This document shows positions 18,266 through 26,462 of a stretch of 64,000 nt of DNA, in pieces. A program made the translations under genes and the position numbers. The notes beneath the pieces were generated by a model. It was given only the letters and a program-made list of their open reading frames with translations. It was not told the DNA's origin and did not search any database. How positions within the stretch are numbered: the stretch's first letter is position 1; each line of letters begins with the position of its first letter. The stretch lies in the IMG/VR virus record IMGVR_UViG_3300043446_000670; one strand, 5' to 3'. The DNA is from an uncultured virus (IMG/VR IMGVR_UViG_3300043446_000670). Lineage: Duplodnaviria > Heunggongvirae > Uroviricota > Caudoviricetes.

Positions 18266-18285
18266 AGGGCGGGGAAACCCGCCTT
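18266..18285 (+). terminator. GC hairpin with GAAA loop after the vWA gene
   Basis: AGGGCGGG-GAAA-CCCGCCTT; weak U tract. Confidence 0.4.
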
Positions 18286-18313
18286 GATGATAGTTGTTAA
18301 GAAGGGGGAGAAC

Positions 18314-18532
18314 ATGAGCGAAAACGTGATCGATCTGTTCAATGACATTTCAGAGATCATTAATGAAAGCGAGGTGCCGACACCAATTGTGTTTAGCGTT
18401 TTGATGAAGCTTGCCGCGTTGGGTGCGGTTTACTCAGAGATGAGTCGTGCTGATTTTTTGAGGGCGGCAGATATGGTCTACAAAATCGAAAGCTTTATTG
18501 TCGAGGATGTTAAGAATCTGCCCATGCAATGA
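18314..18532 (+). CDS. Hypothetical protein
   Basis: SD GGGGAG before ATG 18314. Confidence 0.6.
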   Translation: MSENVIDLFNDISEIINESEVPTPIVFSVLMKLAALGAVYSEMSRADFLRAADMVYKIESFIVEDVKNLPMQ

Positions 18533-18621
18533 CGTTTAAATCTTAAGTTATGACGGGTCGCTGTAAAAAATCTTCCGCCCCGCATAAGTAATTTTATGTA
18601 CGTTTAAATAGGGGAAGGATC

Positions 18622-18804
18622 ATGAAGATATTTGACGTTCAAATAAAAGCAGTCATTATAAAAACAATTCGAGTTGTTGCAGACGATGAAGAAGAAGCAT
18701 CATATAAAGCGCACGAGCAGTTCACCTGTGAATGTGACGGCGAAGAAGAAAAATACGAGCAGGACACCTATAAGATAGAAGAAGTTTTTAAACAAGGAGA
18801 ATGA
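18622..18804 (+). CDS. Small acidic hypothetical protein
   Basis: SD AAGGA; coupled to the next gene. Confidence 0.6.
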   Translation: MKIFDVQIKAVIIKTIRVVADDEEEASYKAHEQFTCECDGEEEKYEQDTYKIEEVFKQGE

Positions 18805-19064
18805 CCATGAAACACTACATTGGAAAAATTGTCGAAGTGAACGGCGACATGGAGTACGACACAAAGTATTTGTTTGCCACTGGTGGAAACCCAGATAAGT
18901 ACAGCAAGCGGGTCGCACGAGATTGGCGCGGTTGCAGTAATTCTGATTGGGATAAAAACGATGGCGGCTATTGGTCAGACTGCACGCTGGTCTGCGATGA
19001 TGGCAGTCGGGAGATACCAGAGGAAGACTTCAAGGTGTTGAGCAAATACCTTGCGGTGCTTTGA
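18801..19064 (+). CDS. Hypothetical protein
   Basis: SD AAGGAG; ATGA overlap. Confidence 0.6.
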   Translation: MTMKHYIGKIVEVNGDMEYDTKYLFATGGNPDKYSKRVARDWRGCSNSDWDKNDGGYWSDCTLVCDDGSREIPEEDFKVLSKYLAVL

Positions 19065-19297
19065 TGTTTAAACGGATCAAGACCATCACCAACAGGCACC
19101 CGCGCTTTCTTAAGGAAGCATACAAACATGATGTATTGATTGATTTGCAGAACGATGAGCGGTTCATCAAGAAAGGTGAGCCGTTCATCCGATGGGATCA
19201 TGGGGCGTGGGATTTATACAGGATGGACGAGCCACCTAGAATGATGGGTCGTTTTGAGAACCTTGGACGAGCAGTTTTTTACGGGAGAAAGATATGA
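19061..19297 (+). CDS. Hypothetical protein
   Basis: Coupled ORF chain. Confidence 0.55.
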   Translation: MMFKRIKTITNRHPRFLKEAYKHDVLIDLQNDERFIKKGEPFIRWDHGAWDLYRMDEPPRMMGRFENLGRAVFYGRKI

Positions 19298-19482
19298 CTT
19301 TCAGTATCGCTGAAGTATTTTTATTGGTATGGGCACTGAGTGCTAGTGCTGCGGCTTATTTGTTTTATTCAAGGGTAGAACTTCTGACGCGCATGGTGTT
19401 CGACATATTGAATAATGAAGACTTGAGAAATAAAATGGTCGCAGATCACAAAAAGATTATGAAGCAAATAGATGCCCAATAA
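19294..19482 (+). CDS. Small membrane protein
   Basis: N-terminal hydrophobic helix; SD GGAG. Confidence 0.55.
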   Translation: MTFSIAEVFLLVWALSASAAAYLFYSRVELLTRMVFDILNNEDLRNKMVADHKKIMKQIDAQ

Positions 19483-19505
19483 TCATATCGTGTTTAAACG
19501 AGCCT

Positions 19506-19602
19506 CGCATATGTGACTGTGAACACGGCTGGATGGGGTTGGGCATCTGAAGGCGATTCCCCACCAGCAACCTCTTACCGCGAGAGGGGCGCGGAATATG
19601 CG
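19506..19602. ncRNA. Candidate structured RNA (multi-stem junction) between convergent genes
   Basis: Closing stem CGCATAT/ATATGCG; inner stems GCTGG.TGGGG/CCCCA.CCAGC and CCTCT/AGAGG. Confidence 0.4.
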
Positions 19603-19609
19603 TATCCCC

Positions 19610-21307
19610 TCAAAACTTATCTATCTGTTCCTCATATGTCCCTGACACTTTGTTGTAGAGCAGGGTCGTTTCCCCTTGTGTCCCCACCCACCGGTATCTG
19701 GATTTCCATACAGCGATTTCGACGTACTCTTCAAGCCGGTGAACTGTGATGCCGCAGTCTGCCTTTGCCCACCATGCCATCGATCCTGATATTGCCATGC
19801 CATCCGGGCGGGGCTGTTCTACCCCTGAACGATTGATCTTGGATGGGTGCGCGACAAACCATGTATGTACGTCATTCGCTTTGCAAAACCGCTGCACCTT
19901 GGTGAGCATATTTGATATAGCTTCTGTCTCTGTGCTGTTGGTCTTGTTTAAATCGATGTAGTTGTACGGGTCGATGACCAGCCCGCGAACACCCATCCGT
20001 TTAACTGCTACCCGCGCACGTTCAAGGATGGAGTCTAGGGTGCTAGGTTCCTCCCCATTATTATCGATAAACAGGAAGTGATCCTGTACAAATTTAAACG
20101 CTTGGTCTCTTTCGGCTTCAGACATTCTTCCTCTGCCATCAAAGAACCTTTTCTTGGTGTAGATCTCCATCAGTCGGCTGATATGGATCTCAGGTTGATT
20201 CTCGAATGAACAGATGGCGAACTTCCAATCATGCGTTCGAGCCAGATTGACCATCAGTTGATCGACAAAATTGGATTTGCCTGAGGATGGATAACCTGTG
20301 ACGACAGTTAGCTGACCGGGTGCTACCGTGTAAATCGTATCGACTGAGCTGTACCCGGTGCTGAACCCCTTGCCTGTTCCCTTCGCGTATAGGTCGTTTA
20401 AACGATCAGCATAGGCAGATGGGTCGGTGAGTCCGGCGATGGGGTAGGGATGCGCGTCTGCGATGATGTCTGCGATGATCTCTCCGGGAGTCCGAGTCGG
20501 GTCATCGTCTGAAAGAAAGACCTCATTCAAATCTTTCTTGTTGAACTTAGCTACTCTGCATTTCTCTTTGCCAATTCTTCTGGCTAGTTCTTCTGCCAGT
20601 GCTTGACCGGGGGCATCTTGGTCTGTGGCTAGAACGATATACGGTGCTGCGTCAATGATCTCTCTGGCGTTCCATACATAACTGAATCTTTTGTCTTCAC
20701 TGGGAAGAACCTTTCCATCTGCCACCTTGATGGGCGCACCTGATGGGACTGATACCACGTTCTCTATCCCGGCTTCGATCAGGGTCAGGCAGTCTATCTC
20801 TCCCTCGACAATAATCAATGGCTTACCCTTCTCCACCTTGTCTAAAGCAAAGAAGTCATGTGCCCCGCCTGAATCTTGGGTGAAGTCTTTCTCTGGGAAG
20901 GATCGATACTTGGCAGCTACCAATGCACCATCCCGGTAGTAAGGGAATCCAATGGCATCGGACTTCTTGTCTAAACGGGCAAACCATTTGTCTGCTGCGA
21001 ACAACCCCATCTTATCTGCTGTGGCTTTGGATATGCCTCGCGACTGAAGGTAGGAATAGTGACGCTCTTCAAGCTTGTTGCTTGTTATTACTTTGGATGG
21101 AACGGCAGACAAGGTTATCTCCTGTTTTTGTGGTTGGACTGAACCGTTCTCCAGACAGTGATGGCAAAAGTAAACCACCGCACCATCTGGCTTGCGGGTC
21201 AATGTCATGTCTTTTGATTTTTGTTTACGCCGTTCAGGTGTGCAGAACGGGCAGACCACCCTTGCGGTTTGGTCAAAATGAAACTGGGCGATGAGGTCAG
21301 CACTCAT
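19610..21307 (-). CDS. Primase-helicase (T7 gp4/Twinkle-like)
   Basis: N-terminal CPFC...CHHC zinc finger; Toprim IVEGEID and ATDQD; helicase GYPSSGKS and LVIDPYN. Confidence 0.92.
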   Translation of the reverse strand: MSADLIAQFHFDQTARVVCPFCTPERRKQKSKDMTLTRKPDGAVVYFCHHCLENGSVQPQKQEITLSAVPSKVITSNKLEERHYSYLQSRGISKATADKMGLFAADKWFARLDKKSDAIGFPYYRDGALVAAKYRSFPEKDFTQDSGGAHDFFALDKVEKGKPLIIVEGEIDCLTLIEAGIENVVSVPSGAPIKVADGKVLPSEDKRFSYVWNAREIIDAAPYIVLATDQDAPGQALAEELARRIGKEKCRVAKFNKKDLNEVFLSDDDPTRTPGEIIADIIADAHPYPIAGLTDPSAYADRLNDLYAKGTGKGFSTGYSSVDTIYTVAPGQLTVVTGYPSSGKSNFVDQLMVNLARTHDWKFAICSFENQPEIHISRLMEIYTKKRFFDGRGRMSEAERDQAFKFVQDHFLFIDNNGEEPSTLDSILERARVAVKRMGVRGLVIDPYNYIDLNKTNSTETEAISNMLTKVQRFCKANDVHTWFVAHPSKINRSGVEQPRPDGMAISGSMAWWAKADCGITVHRLEEYVEIAVWKSRYRWVGTQGETTLLYNKVSGTYEEQIDKF

Positions 21308-21543
21308 TTCATGCTGCCATCTTTGTTTCGTTTAAAGCTTCTGTTGGTAGACGGAGGTTGTAACTTCACCCCGTCTTTGTTTGAACCGCCCTTGGATAGG
21401 GCTTTGACATGAGCTACGTCCTTGCCCTGCACGTTTAAACCTTTAGCCTTTGCCTGCCTTCTAGCTTTGTTGCGTTCGGCTCGGTTCTTCTTTTGTTCCT
21501 CTGTTCCTTGGTAGTTGTCGTATTCTTTTCGGTAGTTACGCAT
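21304..21543 (-). CDS. Small HNH-like protein
   Basis: GKDVAH...KGGSN...NRS pattern. Confidence 0.65.
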   Translation of the reverse strand: MRNYRKEYDNYQGTEEQKKNRAERNKARRQAKAKGLNVQGKDVAHVKALSKGGSNKDGVKLQPPSTNRSFKRNKDGSMK

Positions 21544-22063
21544 TTGTCATCCTCAAAGCAGCCTCATGGAACTTGTCAATCGGGGCAAGCAATCTCTCAG
21601 CAACGCAGTACCTTGTGCCGTACCCAAAGTCGTGCTGGGTCATGTTGGCAAGGAACTTTTTTTGGCTTATGAACCCATGTATTTTTACCACTGCCGGGGA
21701 TTGAATGGAACATAAAATTGCCCAGTCAGTTGAAAAATCTTCTGGCTTGGTAAATATCAACAGTCGCGGGTTAGGTGTTGTCGAATGTGTACTGGTCTTT
21801 ATCTGTATGGTTTGTCCGTGATGGGTCATATCTACGTTCCCATCCCCGCCAATAGTTATCTCTGTTTTAATAGGTATAAACAGGGCTTTGCTGACTGCCA
21901 CCTCACCCAGCATCCCGGCGTAATGGATAGCAAAATCAGTTTGTTCTGAAATCTTTCGGTTGTTTACTTGACCGTGGGCAAGTTGCGTTGACTTAACACC
22001 CTCGATGACCCCGGCGTAATGAGCTGCCATGATCAGATCGTGAGCGTTTAAATTGATATTCAT
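21536..22063 (-). CDS. PD-(D/E)xK nuclease-like protein
   Basis: GMLGEVAV...GDGNVD...IQIKTS. Confidence 0.55.
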   Translation of the reverse strand: MNINLNAHDLIMAAHYAGVIEGVKSTQLAHGQVNNRKISEQTDFAIHYAGMLGEVAVSKALFIPIKTEITIGGDGNVDMTHHGQTIQIKTSTHSTTPNPRLLIFTKPEDFSTDWAILCSIQSPAVVKIHGFISQKKFLANMTQHDFGYGTRYCVAERLLAPIDKFHEAALRMTNA

Positions 22064-22323
22064 GGTTCCTCCATTAACTGGAGGGCAGCGACATAAAAAT
22101 AATTATGTTTGCCCAAAGATTGCATGTGTAGCTTCATGAGGAAGTCATAACATTTTTTCCGTTCCATGTAAGAGATTTTGTTCACAAGGTTCTTACATGC
22201 AATCTTGTCTAGGGTTTGTAAGTCATCCTCTCCTGTGGCAACGGCTTCATTCCATGACTGCTCCATCAACTCATCAATAATGATGCGTTCCATGTCATCC
22301 CGAAAGCGTTCTTCTTCAGTCAT
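22060..22323 (-). CDS. Hypothetical protein
   Basis: Coupled ORF chain. Confidence 0.55.
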   Translation of the reverse strand: MTEEERFRDDMERIIIDELMEQSWNEAVATGEDDLQTLDKIACKNLVNKISYMERKKCYDFLMKLHMQSLGKHNYFYVAALQLMEEP

Positions 22324-22565
22324 CCTTTCCCCCTTGCTCTTATCTCTGCCGCGATCTCTGCCATCTCTGGTTCGCTGGACATACTGTTAAACCATTTGTC
22401 AACAATCTTCGCGCATTCCTCTCGTTCCTTTGCCACTGCATCATCAATTGCTTCCTTTGATGCCTCGATGATGGCAATGTTATGTTTTACCAACACTTGC
22501 TCGATTAGCCACAATACATTTGCGCTTAGATCAGTGGCAGCTTCACGCTTTTGTTCGTCATTCAT
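22320..22565 (-). CDS. Small protein, EREECAK...IRARG family
   Basis: ATG 22565; shares its C-terminal motif with the adjacent gene. Confidence 0.6.
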   Translation of the reverse strand: MNDEQKREAATDLSANVLWLIEQVLVKHNIAIIEASKEAIDDAVAKEREECAKIVDKWFNSMSSEPEMAEIAAEIRARGKG

Positions 22566-22815
22566 TCCTGCCCCCTTCGGAAGTCTTGCAGCCTCTTGCG
22601 CGGATAGCTTCGGCACATTCAGCAGGGTTTGCGTCGGCGTATTCATCGCCAAGCGCATCACACACCTTCGCGCATTCCTCGCGCTCTGCCTCTGCGACTA
22701 ACGCGGCAAACTTCTCAGCGTATTCAAGCCCAATGATTGGCATCCAATTTACGTCCGTCGCCAAGTGAAGCCCAGCCTCCCTTGCCATGCGGATAATGTC
22801 ATCTCTTGTCATCAT
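22558..22815 (-). CDS. Small protein, MTRDDIIRMAREAG...EREECAK...IRARG family
   Basis: Recurrent small phage protein pattern; SD GAGG. Confidence 0.65.
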   Translation of the reverse strand: MMTRDDIIRMAREAGLHLATDVNWMPIIGLEYAEKFAALVAEAEREECAKVCDALGDEYADANPAECAEAIRARGCKTSEGGRNE

Positions 22816-22819
22816 GCCC

Positions 22820-22933
22820 TCATGATTTGTTTTTCCATTGTTTAAATGCAGTGTGTACTGCCCCTGCCATGAGAGAAAGTATGGATGCCATGACCATACC
22901 CATGAGGAATGACTTGATGTGGATGGCAATCAT
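22820..22933 (-). CDS. 37-aa putative membrane peptide
   Basis: MIAIHIKSFLMGMVMASILSLMAGAVHTAFKQWKNKS; SD GGAG; fills the gap in the gene chain. Confidence 0.45.
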   Translation of the reverse strand: MIAIHIKSFLMGMVMASILSLMAGAVHTAFKQWKNKS

Positions 22934-23103
22934 TGCTCCCTCGCTTTCATCATTGCGTCTGCCATTTCATACGCGCTTTTTGCTGCAATCTCTCGTTGGC
23001 TTTCGCTGATTGGCAGAGATAACCAATGCACCATAGCCTTTGCCGCAAAGTAATCCCGCAAGTCCATGCCTTGTTGGTTGGTCATGTTTGGAAATGCTTT
23101 CAT
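22930..23103 (-). CDS. Small protein, GMxLRDYFAAKAM family
   Basis: GMDLRDYFAAKAM...AYEMADAMMKAR; SD AGGAG. Confidence 0.7.
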   Translation of the reverse strand: MKAFPNMTNQQGMDLRDYFAAKAMVHWLSLPISESQREIAAKSAYEMADAMMKAREQ

Positions 23104-23489
23104 TGTTGTTCTCCTGTAGCTTTGGCGGCTTCTTGCATTTGAAATAGGCATTTCCGCAAAGTTTCGTTTTCCTCATGCAGTCGGCGTAGTTCTGCGGCGG
23201 CTTTCATTAAATGCACGGGGTTCTTTTCGTATGCCTCCAAGCTGTCAGCCAGCCGTAGGGCTTCTGGTTGTGTACTCATGTCTTTCTCCTGTATCGCTAA
23301 TGTTTTTTTTTCGTGGGTATTGATCTGCGTTGCGCCTTTGCTGCCAGCAGGCCAGATGTATTGATTCTGGTTGATGGTCATGTCATATCCAAACCGCAGA
23401 GCATTGACAAGCTGTGGTGTCATTGCCGTGTACTGTTTAGGATTTGGCTCGTCTGGGCAGATGGTTATTTTGTAAGGCAACTTAGCCAT
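23100..23489 (-). CDS. Hypothetical protein with internal in-frame start at 23279 (QPEALRLAD...AAELRRLH family)
   Basis: SD GGAGG before ATG 23489; second SD AGGAG before ATG 23279. Confidence 0.6.
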   Translation of the reverse strand: MAKLPYKITICPDEPNPKQYTAMTPQLVNALRFGYDMTINQNQYIWPAGSKGATQINTHEKKTLAIQEKDMSTQPEALRLADSLEAYEKNPVHLMKAAAELRRLHEENETLRKCLFQMQEAAKATGEQQ

Positions 23490-23764
23490 TGTCTTCCTCC
23501 CGAATGTTATTAATTTATTACTTATCACCCCAAAGACCCCCCCTACCCCACAGGGTATGGGAGGGAGAGGTATCACCCGCCTATACAGGCATCGTCATGC
23601 CAGCTTACGCTGCGCCCCCAGACTTGACGACTAGACCAGTCCCACGGATTGTTTAGGATCTGCCCCCGCTCATTAACTTCATGGCATACCGTGTACCCTT
23701 TTCTTCCACGCAACCGGGTTGGGTTCTTACTGACGAGTGGAGTTCGAGTCGGAGGGGAAGGACG

Positions 23765-23851
23765 AAAAAAAACCGCTAGGTCAGACCCCGGTGGAAAGCT
23801 TCTCTTTCGAGGAGGCCACCCCTCGCGGGGTCGGAGTCTGAACTAGCGGTT
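23765..23851 (-). ncRNA. c4-like antisense RNA with terminator-like U tract
   Basis: Long closing stem AACCGCTAG.TCAGACTCCG/CGGGGTCTGA.CTAGCGGTT plus T run; two tetraloop hairpins (GCGA, GAAA); unpaired CTTTCCAC complementary to upstream GTGGAAAG. Confidence 0.65.
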
Positions 23852-23852
23852 C

Positions 23853-23880
23853 TCAGTCGGCTTTCCACGGCTTCGACTGA
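23853..23880 (-). promoter_or_regulatory. Leader hairpin carrying the antisense target (c4 a1/b1-like)
   Basis: TCAGTCG...CGACTGA stem with GTGGAAAG in the loop. Confidence 0.55.
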
Positions 23881-23885
23881 AGCGG

Positions 23886-23915
23886 AGTATTACTCAAGAA
23901 AATCTACCCTGTCAA
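23886..23915 (-). promoter_or_regulatory. Sigma70-type promoter
   Basis: TTGACA (23915-23910), 17-18 bp spacer, TAATACT. Confidence 0.65.
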
Positions 23916-24003
23916 TACCTTTGTTCTCATTTTCAATTTGCAGAATGTATTTGCAGAATCTTGCAGAACTTGGTGCGTTTAAACACATAGCTCATCAGGT
24001 GAG

Positions 24004-24456
24004 CTACACTTTGCTGGCGGGCTTGTCACCCGCTCTTTCTCCTTTTTCCCCCGGTGACACGGGGGGTTTTTTCTGCAAGGGTTCCACCCGTATCTCTGCC
24101 CGTGGATTCTCTGGGTCTAAACCCCAGAAGATGTGCTTCTCCCTGACCTGCCGGTCATTCCTATAGATAGCCCCCTGCATCAAGTCCAAGATAAGACTCT
24201 CGTCCAAGTCAGGACGGCGGCTGGCGTAGTAGATCTTTATCCGTACTGCGACTGTGCATTCAATTAACTCTGCAAGCTTCGGGCATTGCTGTTTAAACGC
24301 ATCGGAATAGCTCAGAGCTTTCTCTGACTTAATCACCCTGATCATGCTGCCCATCTTGGCAATCCTTCTGGAATTCGCCTTGCTTGCTGGCTCTCCAAAA
24401 ATTGTGAAAGAAATTGCTTGCGCTGGAGGGAAGCTAGTACTATTATCTTTGGACAT
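24004..24456 (-). CDS. rusA: RusA-like Holliday junction resolvase
   Basis: GEPASKANSR...RRPDLD...NDRQV...NPRAEI; start position uncertain. Confidence 0.75.
   Translation of the reverse strand: MSKDNSTSFPPAQAISFTIFGEPASKANSRRIAKMGSMIRVIKSEKALSYSDAFKQQCPKLAELIECTVAVRIKIYYASRRPDLDESLILDLMQGAIYRNDRQVREKHIFWGLDPENPRAEIRVEPLQKKPPVSPGEKGERAGDKPASKV
24418..24446 (+). promoter_or_regulatory. Putative sigma70 promoter for the recombination operon
   Basis: TTGCGC-17 bp-TATTAT upstream of SD AGGAGG and ATG 24473. Confidence 0.5.
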
Positions 24457-24472
24457 ACAAGTAGGAGGGTAG

Positions 24473-25357
24473 ATGAAGATCACAAACAAGTATGGTGTAC
24501 CAGACAATCTGGTCACCCTTGCCTCTAGGGAATACTACACAAAAGGCAAGTCACAATACAGCGTGACAGAGCTTTTGTCACCCCCTCGCATCAAGCGATT
24601 GAGGGAGAAATTTAATGAGAACATTGAGCAGGATGTCTCTGACATGCTGTGGCAAATGTTAGGTTCTGCGCTCCATGTCGTCTTTGAACGTAGTCAAACC
24701 CCCGGCTACGTGACAGAGGAGCGTGTTTTTCTTGAGGTCGATGGAGTCACCCTGTCTGGGCAGATCGATGTGCAGCAAGAGACTCCCGATGGTGTTGTCT
24801 TGATTGATTACAAGTTCACCTCTGCGTGGGCTGTGATGCAGGACAAGGTTGAGTGGGAAGAGCAGTTGAATGTCTATGCGTGGCTCTTACAGAAGGTCAA
24901 GGGCAAGCCTGTCATCGGGCTAAAGATCTGCGCCATGATCCGCGACTTCTCCCGCCATGACCAGCGTGAAGACTACCCAGATTCTCCCATCCACATGATG
25001 GACATCCCACTGTGGGACATGGAAATCACAGAAAGATTCGTCAAGGAAAGGCTGCACCAGCACCAGCTTTCCAAGATGCAAATGGAACTAGGGGAGAACC
25101 TGCCCCAGTGTTCCAACGCCGAACGGTGGATGTCTGAGACCGTTTATGCAGTCAAGAGAGAGGGCAGGAAGACTGCCATCAAGTTGTTTACATCAATCGA
25201 AGAAGCCCAAGAACGGGCGGTTAAGGAGAAAGGTTATGTCGAAACAAGACTTGGGGAACCCCGCCGATGCACAGGAAACTTCTGTGGAGTCGCAGGATAT
25301 TGTGACCAATATTCCGAATGGCTGGGCAACCAGCCCAGTGGAACTGCTGAAGCTTAA
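24473..25357 (+). CDS. PD-(D/E)xK exonuclease (RecB/Cas4-like)
   Basis: GSALH...E...SGQID...IDYK; C-terminal Cys cluster RCTGNFC...C. Confidence 0.8.
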   Translation: MKITNKYGVPDNLVTLASREYYTKGKSQYSVTELLSPPRIKRLREKFNENIEQDVSDMLWQMLGSALHVVFERSQTPGYVTEERVFLEVDGVTLSGQIDVQQETPDGVVLIDYKFTSAWAVMQDKVEWEEQLNVYAWLLQKVKGKPVIGLKICAMIRDFSRHDQREDYPDSPIHMMDIPLWDMEITERFVKERLHQHQLSKMQMELGENLPQCSNAERWMSETVYAVKREGRKTAIKLFTSIEEAQERAVKEKGYVETRLGEPRRCTGNFCGVAGYCDQYSEWLGNQPSGTAEA

Positions 25358-25952
25358 CGTCAATGAGCATACCGAGAAGAAGGCAGGGCTGACGTACCTC
25401 TCTTGGGCATGGGCATGGCAGGAAGCCTTGAAGGCTGACCCGACTGTGAACTTCATGGTTCACATGTTTGATGGGAAACCTTACATGAATATTAACGGCT
25501 CAGGCATGGTCTGGGTCACAGTCACCATGTTTGGCAAGGCAATGACCTGTTTCCTGCCGGTCATGGATTACAAGAATAAATGTATTGCTGATCCCGATGC
25601 GTTCGAGGTTAACAAAACGATAATGCGTTGCCTGACCAAGGCGCTTGCGCTGCACGGATTAGGGCTTTACATCTATTCGGGCGAGGATCTACCCGAAGCT
25701 TCAGAAAAACCGCTTGTAGCTCGTGCACAGACCGTTGCGCAGGACGCTGCCAATGATATCGCCTCGTTGGAGTTGTTTGTCCAAGGCATCAAGGACTTTG
25801 TCGGGCATTGCACCAGCGATGCTGACTTGGTTTCCTTTTGGAAAAACAATCAAGTTCAGTTGGATGAGTTAAAGGCTGCGCTGCCCGATAGCTTTGCCGA
25901 GGTGGTTGCTCTGTTTAAACAAGCCAAGTCTGATCTTAAAGATAAGTCATGA
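25236..25952 (+). CDS. Sak3/DUF1071-like single-strand annealing protein
   Basis: NVNEHTEKKAGLTYLSWAWAW...RCLTKALALHGLGLYIYSGEDLP; start uncertain. Confidence 0.8.
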   Translation: MSKQDLGNPADAQETSVESQDIVTNIPNGWATSPVELLKLNVNEHTEKKAGLTYLSWAWAWQEALKADPTVNFMVHMFDGKPYMNINGSGMVWVTVTMFGKAMTCFLPVMDYKNKCIADPDAFEVNKTIMRCLTKALALHGLGLYIYSGEDLPEASEKPLVARAQTVAQDAANDIASLELFVQGIKDFVGHCTSDADLVSFWKNNQVQLDELKAALPDSFAEVVALFKQAKSDLKDKS

Positions 25953-26188
25953 AAGAACTTGTTCTGTATGACCTTGGCATTGCCTTGCCTACCTGCGCTT
26001 TATGTAACAAGCCGGTAGACAGGGTGGAGTCCATGTACCTGCCAGATTACGACGGGAAGCTGTTTAGGGTCTATTGCCACGGGCAGATGGAGCAACAGAT
26101 CCTTGGCTCTTTCACGATGGAAGATGCCAAGGAGATCACTTTCGGTAAGGCGTTCAATGCGCCGAGATTGGAGAACAAAAATGACTGA
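25949..26188 (+). CDS. Small zinc-binding protein
   Basis: CALCNK...YCHG. Confidence 0.6.
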   Translation: MKELVLYDLGIALPTCALCNKPVDRVESMYLPDYDGKLFRVYCHGQMEQQILGSFTMEDAKEITFGKAFNAPRLENKND

Positions 26189-26462
26189 CCGCGAATTATT
26201 AGAGTTTGCCGCGAAGGCAGCAGACATCTCCTTTTCGCATATAGACATTGGCACTTGGAACCCGCTTGCAGATAACGAAGATGCTTTTAAGTTAGCCGTA
26301 AAACTAGGAATAACTTTCAGGACTAAAGATGGGTGGGCAACAGCAGGATATCCATTGAAAACTGGTTGCGAGGTACATGTGGCTATTGTTGAGGACAAAT
26401 ATCTGTCCGCAAGAATTGCCATAACCAAAGCAGCTTCAATCATTGGGGAGTCTATGAAATGA
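26181..26462 (+). CDS. Small phage protein (NinX-like WNPL motif)
   Basis: ELLEFAAKAA...WNPLADNEDAFKLAVKLGI...AITKAA. Confidence 0.6.
   Translation: MTDRELLEFAAKAADISFSHIDIGTWNPLADNEDAFKLAVKLGITFRTKDGWATAGYPLKTGCEVHVAIVEDKYLSARIAITKAASIIGESMK

Noticed and set aside
23735..23760. GTTCGAGTC tRNA T-loop-like word
   Set aside because: No T-stem pairing, acceptor stem or anticodon arm; no tRNA was recognised in the window
24473..25357. Cas4-like nuclease as a sign of CRISPR-Cas
   Set aside because: No repeat-spacer array or other cas genes; context is a phage recombination operon
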